Source: Pseudobdellovibrionaceae bacterium
Lineage (GTDB): Bacteria; Bdellovibrionota; Bdellovibrionia; Bdellovibrionales; UBA1609
Reading direction: 5' to 3'
Length of the DNA stretch: 64,000 nt
NCBI GenBank assembly: GCA_043757545.1
Contig: JAYVPG010000069.1
Span: forward strand, 78,282 to 142,281
Within the stretch, counting starts at the first letter, position 1, and each line of letters starts with the position of its first letter. The notes beneath the pieces are model-generated. The model ran no database searches, was not told where the DNA came from, and saw only the letters and a list, made by a program, of their open reading frames with translations. Below, one piece after another: positions 17,773 through 27,859 of the stretch. A program made the position numbers and the translations under genes.

Positions 17773-20097
17773 ATGCTTGACCCTAAGCTCGAACGGATCC
17801 TCAACCAGTTACTCGAATCAGCGCGGCTCAAAAGATACGAATTCATAAGTCTGGAGCACGTTCTACTCACGCTGGCCTCGAAGGATGAGGAAACCCAAGA
17901 AATACTTGAAGCCTGCGGGACGGACTTAAAGCTGCTGGCGACTAAACTCGAAGAATTTATTAAGGCCCATTGTCCTTTGGTCACTGAGGACTTTTTGCAG
18001 AGCGATCCCGAATGGCGGCCTGAACTGACTATGGCGTTTCATCGCCTATTGCAAAGAGCTGCGATTCAGGTGCAGAGCGCCGGCAAGAAGATGGTGCACA
18101 GTGGGAATTTACTGGTGGCGCTATTTCACGAGACGGATTCGTATGCGCGCTATTATTTGGAAGAACAGGGCGTGTCTCAGTTCGATATCATCGAATACAT
18201 TTCACACGGTGGGGACAGCTCGAAAGTTCCGGCACGTGAAGAAGTCGGCGCCGATGGGCTTCCCAAAGATCGTCAGGGGCCGACGGCCTCGGCACTGGCG
18301 AGCTATTGCACAAATTTAAATGAAAAAGCCAAATTCGGAAAAACTGATCCGCTGGTCGGCCGCACCGAAGTTTTAGAACGCATGATGCAGATCTTGTCTC
18401 GGCGAACAAAAAACAATCCGATTTTGATTGGCGAGTCCGGCGTGGGTAAGACGGCGTTGGCTGATGGCCTTGCCTTGCGCATCGTCCAGGGCCAGGTCCC
18501 TGCTAAACTTTTAGATCGCGTGATCTATTCTTTGGATATGGGCACCCTACTCGCCGGCACAAAGTATCGCGGCGATTTTGAAGAGCGTTTGAAAAATGTG
18601 GTCAAAGAAATCAAAGCGCAAAAAGGCGCAGTTCTATTTATCGATGAGATTCACACATTGGTGGGAGCTGGCGGGACATCGGGCGGAGCGATGGATGCCT
18701 CGAATTTGCTCAAACCGGCACTGGCCGATGGTTCGCTGAGCTGTATCGGCTCGACCACCTTTAAAGAATATCGCACGCATTTTGAAAAAGATCGCGCCCT
18801 GGCGCGCCGATTTCAAAAAATCGACGTGAATGAACCTACGATCGATCAAACCGTTGAGATTTTGCGCGGACTTAAGACTCGTTATGAAGAATTCCATCAC
18901 GTCACTTTTAGTGATGACGCCCTAAAGGCCGCAGCTGAGTTGTCGGCGAAGCATATTCAGCAGCGTCACCTCCCTGACAAAGCCATTGATGTGCTCGATG
19001 AGTCCGGCTCCCACGCGCGCACTTTTGCAAGCGCACCTGAGCTGATTCATTTAGGAGTTGAGGATATGGAGGCCACGATCGCGCGTATGGCTCAAATCCC
19101 TGTGAAGTCGGTGAATGCAACGGATCGACAGAAATTGCGTGATCTGGATAAACAATTAAAGTCGGTGATTTTCGGACAGGACAATGCCATTTTAAAAGTC
19201 GTTTCGGCGATCAAACTCTCACGCACGGGTCTAGGGCGAGAGCAAAAGCCGATTGGCAGTTATTTATTTGTCGGTCCCACCGGAGTCGGCAAAACCGAAG
19301 TGGCCAAACAGCTTGCAGAAATCATGGGGATCTCGTTTCTGCGCTTTGATATGAGCGAATACATGGAGAAGCACGCAGTCTCGCGCTTGGTTGGGGCTCC
19401 TCCGGGATATGTGGGCTACGAAGAGGGTGGCCTGCTCACCGACTCGATCGTTAAAAATCCACATTGCGTTTTGTTGATCGATGAAGTCGAGAAGGCTCAC
19501 CCGGATTTGGTGAATATATTGCTGCAGGTGATGGACTCGGGTCGACTGACCGACTCCAACGGTCGCACGGCAGACTTTCAAAATGTAATTATGATTATGA
19601 CCTCGAATGCGGGTGCGTTTGAGGCTTCAAAGGGCGGCATCGGCATCAATCCCTCGACCGGCTCAGCGATGTCTTTAGAAGTGATCAAACGCAGCTTTAA
19701 GCCAGAATTTCTCAATCGCCTGGACGCCATCGTGGATTTCCAAGCGCTTGACAAAGGATTGTTGCTGCAAGTGATTCGCAAATTTATTTCGGAGCTCGAA
19801 GCGCAGCTGCTCAAGAAAACGATTTCGATGGAGGTCTATCCCGACGCCATCGAATGGCTCTATGAAAAGGGCTACGACCCGGCATACGGCGCGCGTCCCT
19901 TCGCCCGTGTGATCGACGAACATCTCAAACGGCCGCTCGTGGACGATATTCTCTTCGGCAAGTTGGCGAGTGGCGGTCGCGTGACCGTGAGTGTGGTCAA
20001 AGGTGAGCTCAAGATCGAAACCTTCAGTATGGAGGAGATGCAGAAGCCACGCAGCCTGCAAGGCCGAAAAGTACCTTCACTATCCGGAAAATCTTAA
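17773..20097 (+). CDS. clpA: ATP-dependent Clp protease ATP-binding subunit ClpA
   Basis: Two AAA+ modules with Walker A GESGVGKT and GPTGVGKT. Clp N-domain. GGAGGA RBS before the ATG at 17773. Confidence 0.95.
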   Translation: MLDPKLERILNQLLESARLKRYEFISLEHVLLTLASKDEETQEILEACGTDLKLLATKLEEFIKAHCPLVTEDFLQSDPEWRPELTMAFHRLLQRAAIQVQSAGKKMVHSGNLLVALFHETDSYARYYLEEQGVSQFDIIEYISHGGDSSKVPAREEVGADGLPKDRQGPTASALASYCTNLNEKAKFGKTDPLVGRTEVLERMMQILSRRTKNNPILIGESGVGKTALADGLALRIVQGQVPAKLLDRVIYSLDMGTLLAGTKYRGDFEERLKNVVKEIKAQKGAVLFIDEIHTLVGAGGTSGGAMDASNLLKPALADGSLSCIGSTTFKEYRTHFEKDRALARRFQKIDVNEPTIDQTVEILRGLKTRYEEFHHVTFSDDALKAAAELSAKHIQQRHLPDKAIDVLDESGSHARTFASAPELIHLGVEDMEATIARMAQIPVKSVNATDRQKLRDLDKQLKSVIFGQDNAILKVVSAIKLSRTGLGREQKPIGSYLFVGPTGVGKTEVAKQLAEIMGISFLRFDMSEYMEKHAVSRLVGAPPGYVGYEEGGLLTDSIVKNPHCVLLIDEVEKAHPDLVNILLQVMDSGRLTDSNGRTADFQNVIMIMTSNAGAFEASKGGIGINPSTGSAMSLEVIKRSFKPEFLNRLDAIVDFQALDKGLLLQVIRKFISELEAQLLKKTISMEVYPDAIEWLYEKGYDPAYGARPFARVIDEHLKRPLVDDILFGKLASGGRVTVSVVKGELKIETFSMEEMQKPRSLQGRKVPSLSGKS

Positions 20098-21725
20098 ACG
20101 GCAGCGGGTCTCGGGAAACGATTCGCTCCGCCCCCAGCGGCTGCAAACGTAGAAGTCTGAGCGACGTCGAGCGGCGTTTGCCATGCTGCAGTCAAATGAC
20201 GCCATTGTTGGGGATCCAGCAACTGGCCTTCATACATTGAGGGATGCAATTGCTCGTAAGTTTTAACTACGCTATCGGTCAAACGGCGATTGACGTCACT
20301 GCGACCAATATCACGTGGATGCTCGAATCCCAACGCACCCAAGAGCTCAACAAAATGATGAACGGTCTCATGATGAAAGCGGTAAACGCGCTCGGACTTA
20401 CTCGGCACGTGCAAGCCTTTCATCAGCCGTGGATTGCTGGTCGCCACTCCCGTCGGACACTCGTTGGTGTTGCAACGCAGAGCCTGAATACAACCCATGG
20501 CTAGCATCATCCCGCGTGCGCAGTTGACCATGTCCGCGCCAAGGGCCATGCGTGTGAGAATATGCATCGAGGTCAAAATTTTCCCTGCCGCAATCACTCG
20601 AATATGTTCACGCAATGAAAATCCACGCAGAGCATCGACCACAAATGTTAATCCATCTTCGAGCGGCATTCCGACGTGATTGGTGAACTCAAGGGGGGCC
20701 GCGCCCGTTCCACCCTCGCCACCGTCCACGGTGATAAAGTCGGGATAGATCTTCGTTTCGACCATAGCTTTACAGATCGCGAGAAACTCGTGCTTCGCGC
20801 CGATACATAATTTGAAGCCAATGGGTTTGCCTTCACTAAGGCCGCGCAGTTTGCGAATAAAATGCAGCAATTCAACGGGCGTCGAAAACGCGGAGTGGGC
20901 CGAGGGTGAAATCACGTCTTTTCCCATTGGCACCAAACGAATCTGCGCGACTTCGGCGTTCACTTTCATAGCTGGCAAAATGCCGCCCTTACCCGGTTTT
21001 GCGCCTTGCGAGAGTTTGATCTCAATCATTTTCACATTGGGTAAAATCGCTCGCTCGCGAAAGGCTTCTTCATTGAAGCGTCCATCCGGAAAGCGACAGC
21101 CGAAATATCCAGTGCCGATTTGCCAGCACAGATCGCCCCCGAGCAAATGATACGGGCTCATCCCGCCTTCACCGGTATTATGAAAGAAGTTTCCCTTTTT
21201 GGCGCCTAGGTTCAAAGCCGAAACCGCAGCCGAGCTCAGCGCGCCGTAACTCATCGCCGAGATATTCATCGCACTCGCCGAATAAGGTTGTTTGCAATCG
21301 GGGCCGCCGACCGTGATGCGCACATCGTTCATATTCAAGGATTTTGGCACGATGGAGTGATTCACCCACTCGTAATGTTCCATATGCACATCGAGTTGCG
21401 TGCCAAACGGCTGCGTTTGCGTTTGTCCTTTGGCGCGTTGATACACGACCGAGCGCAATTCGCGCGGAATTGGCCGACCGCTTTGATTGGATTCTACGAA
21501 ATACTGCTGAAGTTCGGGGCGGATCAATTCAAAAAAGTAGCGCAGGTTTCCAATCACCGGGAAATTGCGACGAATGGCATGCTTGGTCTGTAAAGTGTCC
21601 ATCATGCCCACTAAAAAAAGCGGCGCCACCACAGCGAGCGACCAAAGTGCCTGGAGGGTGAACCAACTCGCAATACCGACTATTAAAAATAAAATAGCAG
21701 ACAATAAATAAAATTCGCGCCGCAC
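20094..21725 (-). CDS. FMN-binding glutamate synthase family protein (GltB domain 2-like)
   Basis: N-terminal TM pair. GAKPGKGG, GGEGGTGAAP and CNTNECPTGVAT are typical of stand-alone Glu_synthase-domain proteins. Confidence 0.85.
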   Translation of the reverse strand: MRREFYLLSAILFLIVGIASWFTLQALWSLAVVAPLFLVGMMDTLQTKHAIRRNFPVIGNLRYFFELIRPELQQYFVESNQSGRPIPRELRSVVYQRAKGQTQTQPFGTQLDVHMEHYEWVNHSIVPKSLNMNDVRITVGGPDCKQPYSASAMNISAMSYGALSSAAVSALNLGAKKGNFFHNTGEGGMSPYHLLGGDLCWQIGTGYFGCRFPDGRFNEEAFRERAILPNVKMIEIKLSQGAKPGKGGILPAMKVNAEVAQIRLVPMGKDVISPSAHSAFSTPVELLHFIRKLRGLSEGKPIGFKLCIGAKHEFLAICKAMVETKIYPDFITVDGGEGGTGAAPLEFTNHVGMPLEDGLTFVVDALRGFSLREHIRVIAAGKILTSMHILTRMALGADMVNCARGMMLAMGCIQALRCNTNECPTGVATSNPRLMKGLHVPSKSERVYRFHHETVHHFVELLGALGFEHPRDIGRSDVNRRLTDSVVKTYEQLHPSMYEGQLLDPQQWRHLTAAWQTPLDVAQTSTFAAAGGGANRFPRPAAV

Positions 21726-21902
21726 GGATGTCTCCCCTACCTGCTATCATTGTAAAACTCGTCAGGAATTGCGCAAGGCTGGCTTGACAGATCGGTACCG
21801 GACCCGTCACTTTGGTTGGTACAGCTCTCGCCCGTCCAAGGAACGAATTTGAAAAATGCAGGACTAAAATCCCAGCTCAGCCCGCGCACCGTTGGTCTTT
21901 CG

Positions 21903-22811
21903 ATGGCCACGATCACTGCTCTCAGTTGGGCCGTGCTGGCTATTGCGCTCAAGTTTGCGCTCCACTCATTTTCCTCTGGCACGATTGTTTGGCTGCGCTT
22001 GATTCTCGCGTTTTTAATTCTGTTTGTGGCTTTTGCGTGGAAGAAGCGCGAGTGGCTGCAGATACTACGCCATCCTCCGTGGCTCGGTACACTTTCGGCG
22101 GTGCTGATCGCGATCAACTACTTTGGTTTTATGAAAGGTGTTGAGCTCACCACCGCGAGCAACTCGCAAATCTTAATTCAACTGGCACCCTTGAGTTTTG
22201 CGGCGATGAGTATTTTTTTATTCCATGAATTTCCGACTCGGCAGCAAGTGATCGGCCTGCTCACAGCCGTTGCTGGATTTGGATTTTTTTACTGGGATCA
22301 GATTTTGGTTTCCTGGGAAGACATCCCTCGCTTTCAAACGGGAAATCTTTGGCTGCTCATGGCCGCGGCCTCCTGGGCCATTTTTGCACTTTTGCAGAAG
22401 CGCCTATTAAAAATTTATAAACCACAACAGTACAACCTATTGGTTTATGGAGTGGCCGCATTAGTACTTACACCCACCGCGGATTTCACTGAGCTGACTA
22501 GCGTTAGCTTGGGGCATTTTGCCCTGATTGTTTTTCTCGCGATAAATACAGTTGTCGCTTACGGCGCCTTAAGTGAGGCGCTAACGCGAATTCCTGCGAG
22601 TCAGGTGAGTGTGATTATCGCAGTCAATCCTCTTTTAACTTTATTAATTATGACATACCTCACCCGGACGGGAGTCGGGTGGATCCAAGCCGAGCCTATT
22701 GGTTGGCGCGGCATGGTCGGCGCTGTCTTCGTTGTGATTGGCGTAATATTAACTGTGACCTCACCGCCTCGCTTGTCGGATCCAGTCTTGTCCCCTAAGC
22801 TCAATAAATGA
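21903..22811 (+). CDS. DMT/EamA-family transporter
   Basis: Ten hydrophobic segments in two EamA-like halves. Start taken at MATITALSW. Confidence 0.8.
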   Translation: MATITALSWAVLAIALKFALHSFSSGTIVWLRLILAFLILFVAFAWKKREWLQILRHPPWLGTLSAVLIAINYFGFMKGVELTTASNSQILIQLAPLSFAAMSIFLFHEFPTRQQVIGLLTAVAGFGFFYWDQILVSWEDIPRFQTGNLWLLMAAASWAIFALLQKRLLKIYKPQQYNLLVYGVAALVLTPTADFTELTSVSLGHFALIVFLAINTVVAYGALSEALTRIPASQVSVIIAVNPLLTLLIMTYLTRTGVGWIQAEPIGWRGMVGAVFVVIGVILTVTSPPRLSDPVLSPKLNK

Positions 22812-24889
22812 CATGGATTCGTCTATTCACTTTAGGATTGGGCAGCACGATGGTTGTGATGCTGGGATGTCACTCCACTCCGTTGCGTTCACCCCCCGGC
22901 GTGAACGTTGAAGCCGACAGTCAATGGCTGAAGGACTACACATGGGCAAAGTCCCATCAAATTGACGAGGCCGACAAATCTTGTGCGACGTTCACTGCCC
23001 TTTCGAAAGACACTCGCTTTCCCGTTCGTGAGATTGCACTGCTACGAGCGGTCGAAACTTGTGCCGTTGATAAAATGCCCGTGTTGGATCGCAAGGCTTT
23101 GCCGCCGTGGCTGGATGACCTGGCGGTTGATGTCCTACTCAAGGTGGCTAGTGCACGCGCCGATAAAGCGGCGGAGCTCGAACTCGCACTCGACAAGTCG
23201 AAACGAAAACTGCCCCAGGCCGAAAAGGTCAAGTGGACGAACTTAGCGATTCAACGCGCGGAAGAATTGGGTTTGAAGGATCGACTCGGTGAGCTCAAAG
23301 AGCGACTCTATCAAATTGCGCCGCGATTAAATCCTGAGCCTTTAGTAAAACAATATTTAATCGTCGCTGCCGACTTTCGCATGGCTCGTCAGTTCGACAA
23401 GAGCCGCGAATTTTACCAGAAGGTGCTGCACGATCCAAAATCAGATCTCGAAACGAAAATCTCGGCGCTAAAGGGTATCCGGCTAAGTTATAAAAATGGT
23501 CGCAACCCAGAGGCGCATATTGCGGCGTCTCAACAGTTGATTAATTTTCTGGCGAAAGCGCAAAAGTCGGATCCCAAGTCACGGTCACTGATGGTCGCCA
23601 ATTACGATGCGCAGATTTATTTGGCGCGGGCACAGTGGACAATGGGCAACGGCGCGGCCGCGAAAGGGATCTTTGAGCGTTTGCAGAAAAAATTAAAAGG
23701 TAAAGTCTCACTCGCCGAATTGTATTGGCTGCAGGGCCGCCTTGCCGAAGAGAACCATGAAGTGGAGTCGGTTTCAAAATATATGGACCTGGCTCTGAAA
23801 GAAAAGCTAAGCGAAGGGGACCTACGCGACAAGATTCTTTGGTACAGCGCCTGGAATGAACGCCGCCGTCACGAATACAAACGCAGCATTGAGATACTCA
23901 GCGAGATTGATCAGAAGACTCCGACCGATTTCACTCGCTCGCGCGCGCTGTATTGGCTGGGACGAACGTATATCGATGATAAACAGCTCGACGAGGGCAA
24001 AAAAGTTTTTGAGCGACTGATTGTGCAAGACCCACTCGGCTACTATGGGTTGCTCGCGCATCGCCAATTGAGTTTGCCCATTGCTTTAAGCCCACAAGAG
24101 CCCGACGCCGATGCGCCGGCTGAAAAGTTGGTGCCCATCGACGGCATTGCCGCCGAGTGGTTGAATCTGCTCGACGAAAAAGACGCGCTGACGGCACTTC
24201 TCGACATCGCCTCACAGAACTATAAAAAAGTGAGTGCGCAAACGGATATCGGTTGGGTGCATATTTTTAAATACTACGCCAAGGCCGGACTCTATATGAA
24301 ACTCTACGAGAGTCTGGGCACGCTGACTCCCGAGCGGCGCAAGACTATTTTCGAACATCATCCTGAACTTTTATTTCCGCAGCCCTGGAACGAGGACGTT
24401 CGCGGTGCCTCTTTACAATTTGGTGTCGATCAAGAATTGATTTACGCCATTATTCGTCAAGAGTCTGCGTTCGATATCCATGCGCGCAGCGGAGCCGATG
24501 CCTTCGGCTTAATGCAGCTTCTGCCAGAGGTCGCCGAGAACCTGGCCAAACAAAATAAAATTCCGTACAGCACGATGGAGGATCTCTATGAGCCAAAAAC
24601 CAATATCTATTTGGGCGCCGCCCATCTCCGAGACTTGTTCCGCCGTCACAAAGGCCAATTCATTCTCTCCGTTGCATCTTACAACGCCAGCGAGAGCGTG
24701 ATTCAATCATGGATGAAAGCCCGCTTCACCGGTGACCCAACCGAATTTATCGAAGATATTCCCTACGAAGAAACCCGCGCCTACGTCCGATTGGTCATGC
24801 GCAACGTGATCTTCTACAGCCTGTTAAAATCCAAGTCCGCCAGCATCGATTTCCCGACGTGGATACTCAATCTCAAAGCCGCCGGTTAG
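22808..24889 (+). CDS. soluble lytic murein transglycosylase (Slt70-like)
   Basis: Long helical superhelix-like N-region. Catalytic ESAFDIHARSGADAFGLMQLL and SYNAS motifs. Start overlaps the upstream stop (ATGA). Confidence 0.85.
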   Translation: MTWIRLFTLGLGSTMVVMLGCHSTPLRSPPGVNVEADSQWLKDYTWAKSHQIDEADKSCATFTALSKDTRFPVREIALLRAVETCAVDKMPVLDRKALPPWLDDLAVDVLLKVASARADKAAELELALDKSKRKLPQAEKVKWTNLAIQRAEELGLKDRLGELKERLYQIAPRLNPEPLVKQYLIVAADFRMARQFDKSREFYQKVLHDPKSDLETKISALKGIRLSYKNGRNPEAHIAASQQLINFLAKAQKSDPKSRSLMVANYDAQIYLARAQWTMGNGAAAKGIFERLQKKLKGKVSLAELYWLQGRLAEENHEVESVSKYMDLALKEKLSEGDLRDKILWYSAWNERRRHEYKRSIEILSEIDQKTPTDFTRSRALYWLGRTYIDDKQLDEGKKVFERLIVQDPLGYYGLLAHRQLSLPIALSPQEPDADAPAEKLVPIDGIAAEWLNLLDEKDALTALLDIASQNYKKVSAQTDIGWVHIFKYYAKAGLYMKLYESLGTLTPERRKTIFEHHPELLFPQPWNEDVRGASLQFGVDQELIYAIIRQESAFDIHARSGADAFGLMQLLPEVAENLAKQNKIPYSTMEDLYEPKTNIYLGAAHLRDLFRRHKGQFILSVASYNASESVIQSWMKARFTGDPTEFIEDIPYEETRAYVRLVMRNVIFYSLLKSKSASIDFPTWILNLKAAG

Positions 24890-25866
24890 ATCGCCAATTC
24901 ATTTTTAAGATGCCAAAGCCTGTGACATCGTGAACACAGCGTAGTGACGTTATCGAACGTCGAAAGCCCACCCTGCGCAAGTTCTATTTTATGGTGAGTG
25001 TGAAGAAATCGCGTACTCAGACACTTAGATCCGTCCGCCCGCAAAGCCTGGCATTGTCGCTGATCCCTCAGATTCACGGCATGTTGCACGCTTGCAGGGA
25101 TCGCGCGTCTGCGCATCGTTCGCATGCGCACCACTCGCTTGTACATCGCGAGTTTGCTTATGTCGCTCTTGCCCAACACGCGTTTGGGTTTTGACGCGGC
25201 CGCGTGTGTCTGAGACATGTTCGCCGTCTTTTTCGACTGTTTTCGCTGTGCTCTACGCAAGGGATCGTTGCGTTCGTTGTATTCGCGAACAGCCGTCATG
25301 ATCGTATCCTCCAAACTCGCTGAGCCGCGTGTTTTGGAACTCACCAAGTCTTGAGCCTTGCGAATTTCAGCCATGGCCTCATCCGAAACACTCAATTCAA
25401 TTTTCACACGACCGTCTTTGATGGGTCGCGCACGTTCGAATTCTCTGGCGCCAGGTGCCTCATTCGCGATTTCACGTTCCAGGCGGTGCTGGGGTAGGCC
25501 TTTCGCCTTCTCAATCCAAGCCTGTTGGTTCGCTTTATTTAGCACCGGAACAATCTTCCGCGCCGTAGCCACACTTAAGTCACCGGACTCAACCGCAAGT
25601 TGCAATTCGGGCACCTCGCGACTTTTGCGTGCAACATTTATAAAGTTGCTCGTGACCGCCGGACTAAGTTTAAGAAATTTCAGGCAATAGGAAAACGTGC
25701 TGTTCAAATCAAATTTTAGGTAGAGGCGAATACGATCAACTTCTGCAATAGTCGCCAAAAGATCCGCCTCGGTACGAACATATATTTCCGATTGAAAAAG
25801 CGCACGTTCATGAAGCATCAACTCCTGAGTCGAAAGCGGCTGAATAAAAAGCTGAACTGCGGACAT
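24886..25866 (-). CDS. HNH endonuclease with a DUF222-like N-terminal region
   Basis: C-terminal LHTHHKIELAQGGLSTFDNVTTLCSRCHRLWH. GGAGG RBS before the ATG at 25866. Confidence 0.8.
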   Translation of the reverse strand: MSAVQLFIQPLSTQELMLHERALFQSEIYVRTEADLLATIAEVDRIRLYLKFDLNSTFSYCLKFLKLSPAVTSNFINVARKSREVPELQLAVESGDLSVATARKIVPVLNKANQQAWIEKAKGLPQHRLEREIANEAPGAREFERARPIKDGRVKIELSVSDEAMAEIRKAQDLVSSKTRGSASLEDTIMTAVREYNERNDPLRRAQRKQSKKTANMSQTHAAASKPKRVLGKSDISKLAMYKRVVRMRTMRRRAIPASVQHAVNLRDQRQCQALRADGSKCLSTRFLHTHHKIELAQGGLSTFDNVTTLCSRCHRLWHLKNELAI

Positions 25867-25983
25867 CAAATACCTCCAGTGAATGAATATATTTTTATAA
25901 ATCTGGAGGATAAAATAATCAAGTAAAAACTAATTTTATTTATATAGTGAAGCGACGCGAGAAATTTATTTATAAATATTTAA

Positions 25984-26074
25984 TTGCGGTTTGCGGTTTG
26001 CGGTTTGCGGTTTGCGGTTTGCGGTTTGCGGTTTGCGGTTTGCGGTTTGCGGTTTGCGGTTTGCGGTTTGCGGT
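25984..26074. repeat. perfect heptanucleotide microsatellite (TTGCGGT) x13
   Basis: Counted directly: 91 nt of uninterrupted TTGCGGT units. Intergenic, 118 bp upstream of the HNH start. Confidence 0.97.
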
Positions 26075-26273
26075 TACACGAAAGATGGATCACAAAAAAT
26101 ACGCAAGAAGAATCCACGAACTAAACAAATTTAAATTATAATGCCATCTCCGCGCAGCGCCAACCCATTACCGTAGCCCGACAAAAACGATACTCGCAAA
26201 ACCGCCGAACGCCCGCACGGGACGCAACCTCCGCAAGAACCACAAGGCAAAATCCCGCGCGACCCGTACCCAT

Positions 26274-26347
26274 CCGAACCCGCACCCGATTCCGAACCCA
26301 CCCGAACCCGCCTCCGATCCCCCACCCCCGAACCCACCCCCGAACCC
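26274..26347. repeat. C-rich degenerate repeat tract with five CCGAACCC cores (G-runs on the minus strand)
   Basis: CCGAACCC at 26274, 26292, 26302, 26328 and 26340. The surrounding 26143-26400 is nearly G-free on the plus strand. Confidence 0.75.
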
Positions 26348-26499
26348 ACTGTCTAACCCCTAGACAACCCGCCAACAGATCACCACCCCATGAGACGTCT
26401 CAAAATATATATTTATCCGTAATATCAACTACTTAACCACGACAATCCCACGGCACCCGCCTTGCTCTTATAACCAGTAAGCACGAAGGAGTGTCCACC

Positions 26500-27858
26500 A
26501 TGAAAGCCCTGACCAGTCGGAAATTAGCGGTAAGCCTGATCCTATTATGTGGACTCCAATGGATCTGCCAAAGCAGCTTCTTTCACTCCTCAGAGAGCGA
26601 CGACTACGCCTCGAAGGGTCGTACCACTGAGCTCGGTAAACCTGTTCCTACAAAGCCTGAAAAAGAGATGGAAGTGATTTTAAACGACCCTGCAATTAGC
26701 GCTGGTTGGGGCCTTAAAATGACGGATTCACAAAAAGCTTGGCGCATTTCCCAAGGCAGTCGCGAAATCACGGTTTGCGTGATCGACACCGGCGCCGATA
26801 TTCATCATCCCGATTTGATCAATAATTTATGGGTCAACAAAGGCGAAATCGGAATGGACGCTAAAGGTCGCGACAAAGCTACCAATGGCATCGACGACGA
26901 CGGCAACGGCTTTATCGACGACGTCCACGGCTGGAATTTTGTGGCCAACAATAACAAGCTCGACGACGAACACGGACACGGCACTCACATCGCCGGCATC
27001 ATCGGCGCTGAAGGCGGCAATGGGATCGGCATCAGCGGCGTCTCCCCAAAAGTCAGCCTGATGATCTTGAAATATTATGATGCAAAAGGAAATGACGTAA
27101 ACAACCTCGTCAATACCGTCAAAGCCATCGACTACGCGGTCAAAATGAACTGTAACATCATCAATTATTCTGGAGGCGGAATCGCCCCAAGCCCCGAAGA
27201 ACGCTCAGCCATCGAACGCGCCGGCAAAAAAGGCATCCTCTTTGTGGCTGCGGCTGGTAACGAACGTTCCAACTCGGATGTGCGCAAATACTATCCTGCA
27301 GATTACGGCTTACCGAATATTCTTTCCGTCACCGCCATTGATCGCTTTCAAAATGTGCTCCCCTCCAGCAACTACGGCGAGCAGACGGTCGATATCGCAG
27401 CACCAGGTAACGACATCATCTCGACTCTTCCTGGCGGACAATACGGCTACATGACTGGAACTTCACAAGCCACCGCCTTCGCCACCGGCGTTGCAGCCCT
27501 AGTCATGGCCAACAACCCACAACTACGCAAAGCCGACGAGATCCGCAAATACCTCACACAGACCGGCGACAGCGACGAAAAACTCGCGGGCAAGACCCGT
27601 TGGAGAAAACGCCTGAACTCTTACAAAGCCCTCGCCATTCAAGATTCTGATTTGTCTTTTAATGGCGTGAAAGTCGCCAACACCGGCAGCTTTACCAAAC
27701 ATGAATTCGCCGCTGACCCACAAGATCACGACGATTTGCAAGACACCGAAAGTCAGCCTGAGACGAAGATTTCATCCTTCGCCAAGAAGATCCAAACTCA
27801 TTTGAATATGAAACCTGGAGTGATCGCCCCGCATAGCGAAGCGTCCGTGAACGACTAA
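26500..27858 (+). CDS. secreted S8 (subtilisin-family) serine peptidase
   Basis: Catalytic triad motifs VIDTGAD, HGTHIAGII and GTSQATAFATG. Signal peptide. AAGGAG lies 9 nt before the ATG at 26500. Confidence 0.92.
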   Translation: MKALTSRKLAVSLILLCGLQWICQSSFFHSSESDDYASKGRTTELGKPVPTKPEKEMEVILNDPAISAGWGLKMTDSQKAWRISQGSREITVCVIDTGADIHHPDLINNLWVNKGEIGMDAKGRDKATNGIDDDGNGFIDDVHGWNFVANNNKLDDEHGHGTHIAGIIGAEGGNGIGISGVSPKVSLMILKYYDAKGNDVNNLVNTVKAIDYAVKMNCNIINYSGGGIAPSPEERSAIERAGKKGILFVAAAGNERSNSDVRKYYPADYGLPNILSVTAIDRFQNVLPSSNYGEQTVDIAAPGNDIISTLPGGQYGYMTGTSQATAFATGVAALVMANNPQLRKADEIRKYLTQTGDSDEKLAGKTRWRKRLNSYKALAIQDSDLSFNGVKVANTGSFTKHEFAADPQDHDDLQDTESQPETKISSFAKKIQTHLNMKPGVIAPHSEASVND

Positions 27859-27859
27859 T

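Noticed and set aside
25984-26074. Possible CRISPR array
   Set aside because: The units are 7 nt and directly abutting, with no spacers. No cas genes are in the window. It is a microsatellite, not a CRISPR.
25947-26141. 64-aa plus-strand ORF (…AVCGLRFAVCGLRF…) and the minus-strand ORFs at 26131-26375
   Set aside because: They are translations of the TTGCGGT microsatellite and of the C-rich tract. There is no RBS, the composition is absurd, and the frame would be destroyed by any copy-number change. I treat them as non-coding.
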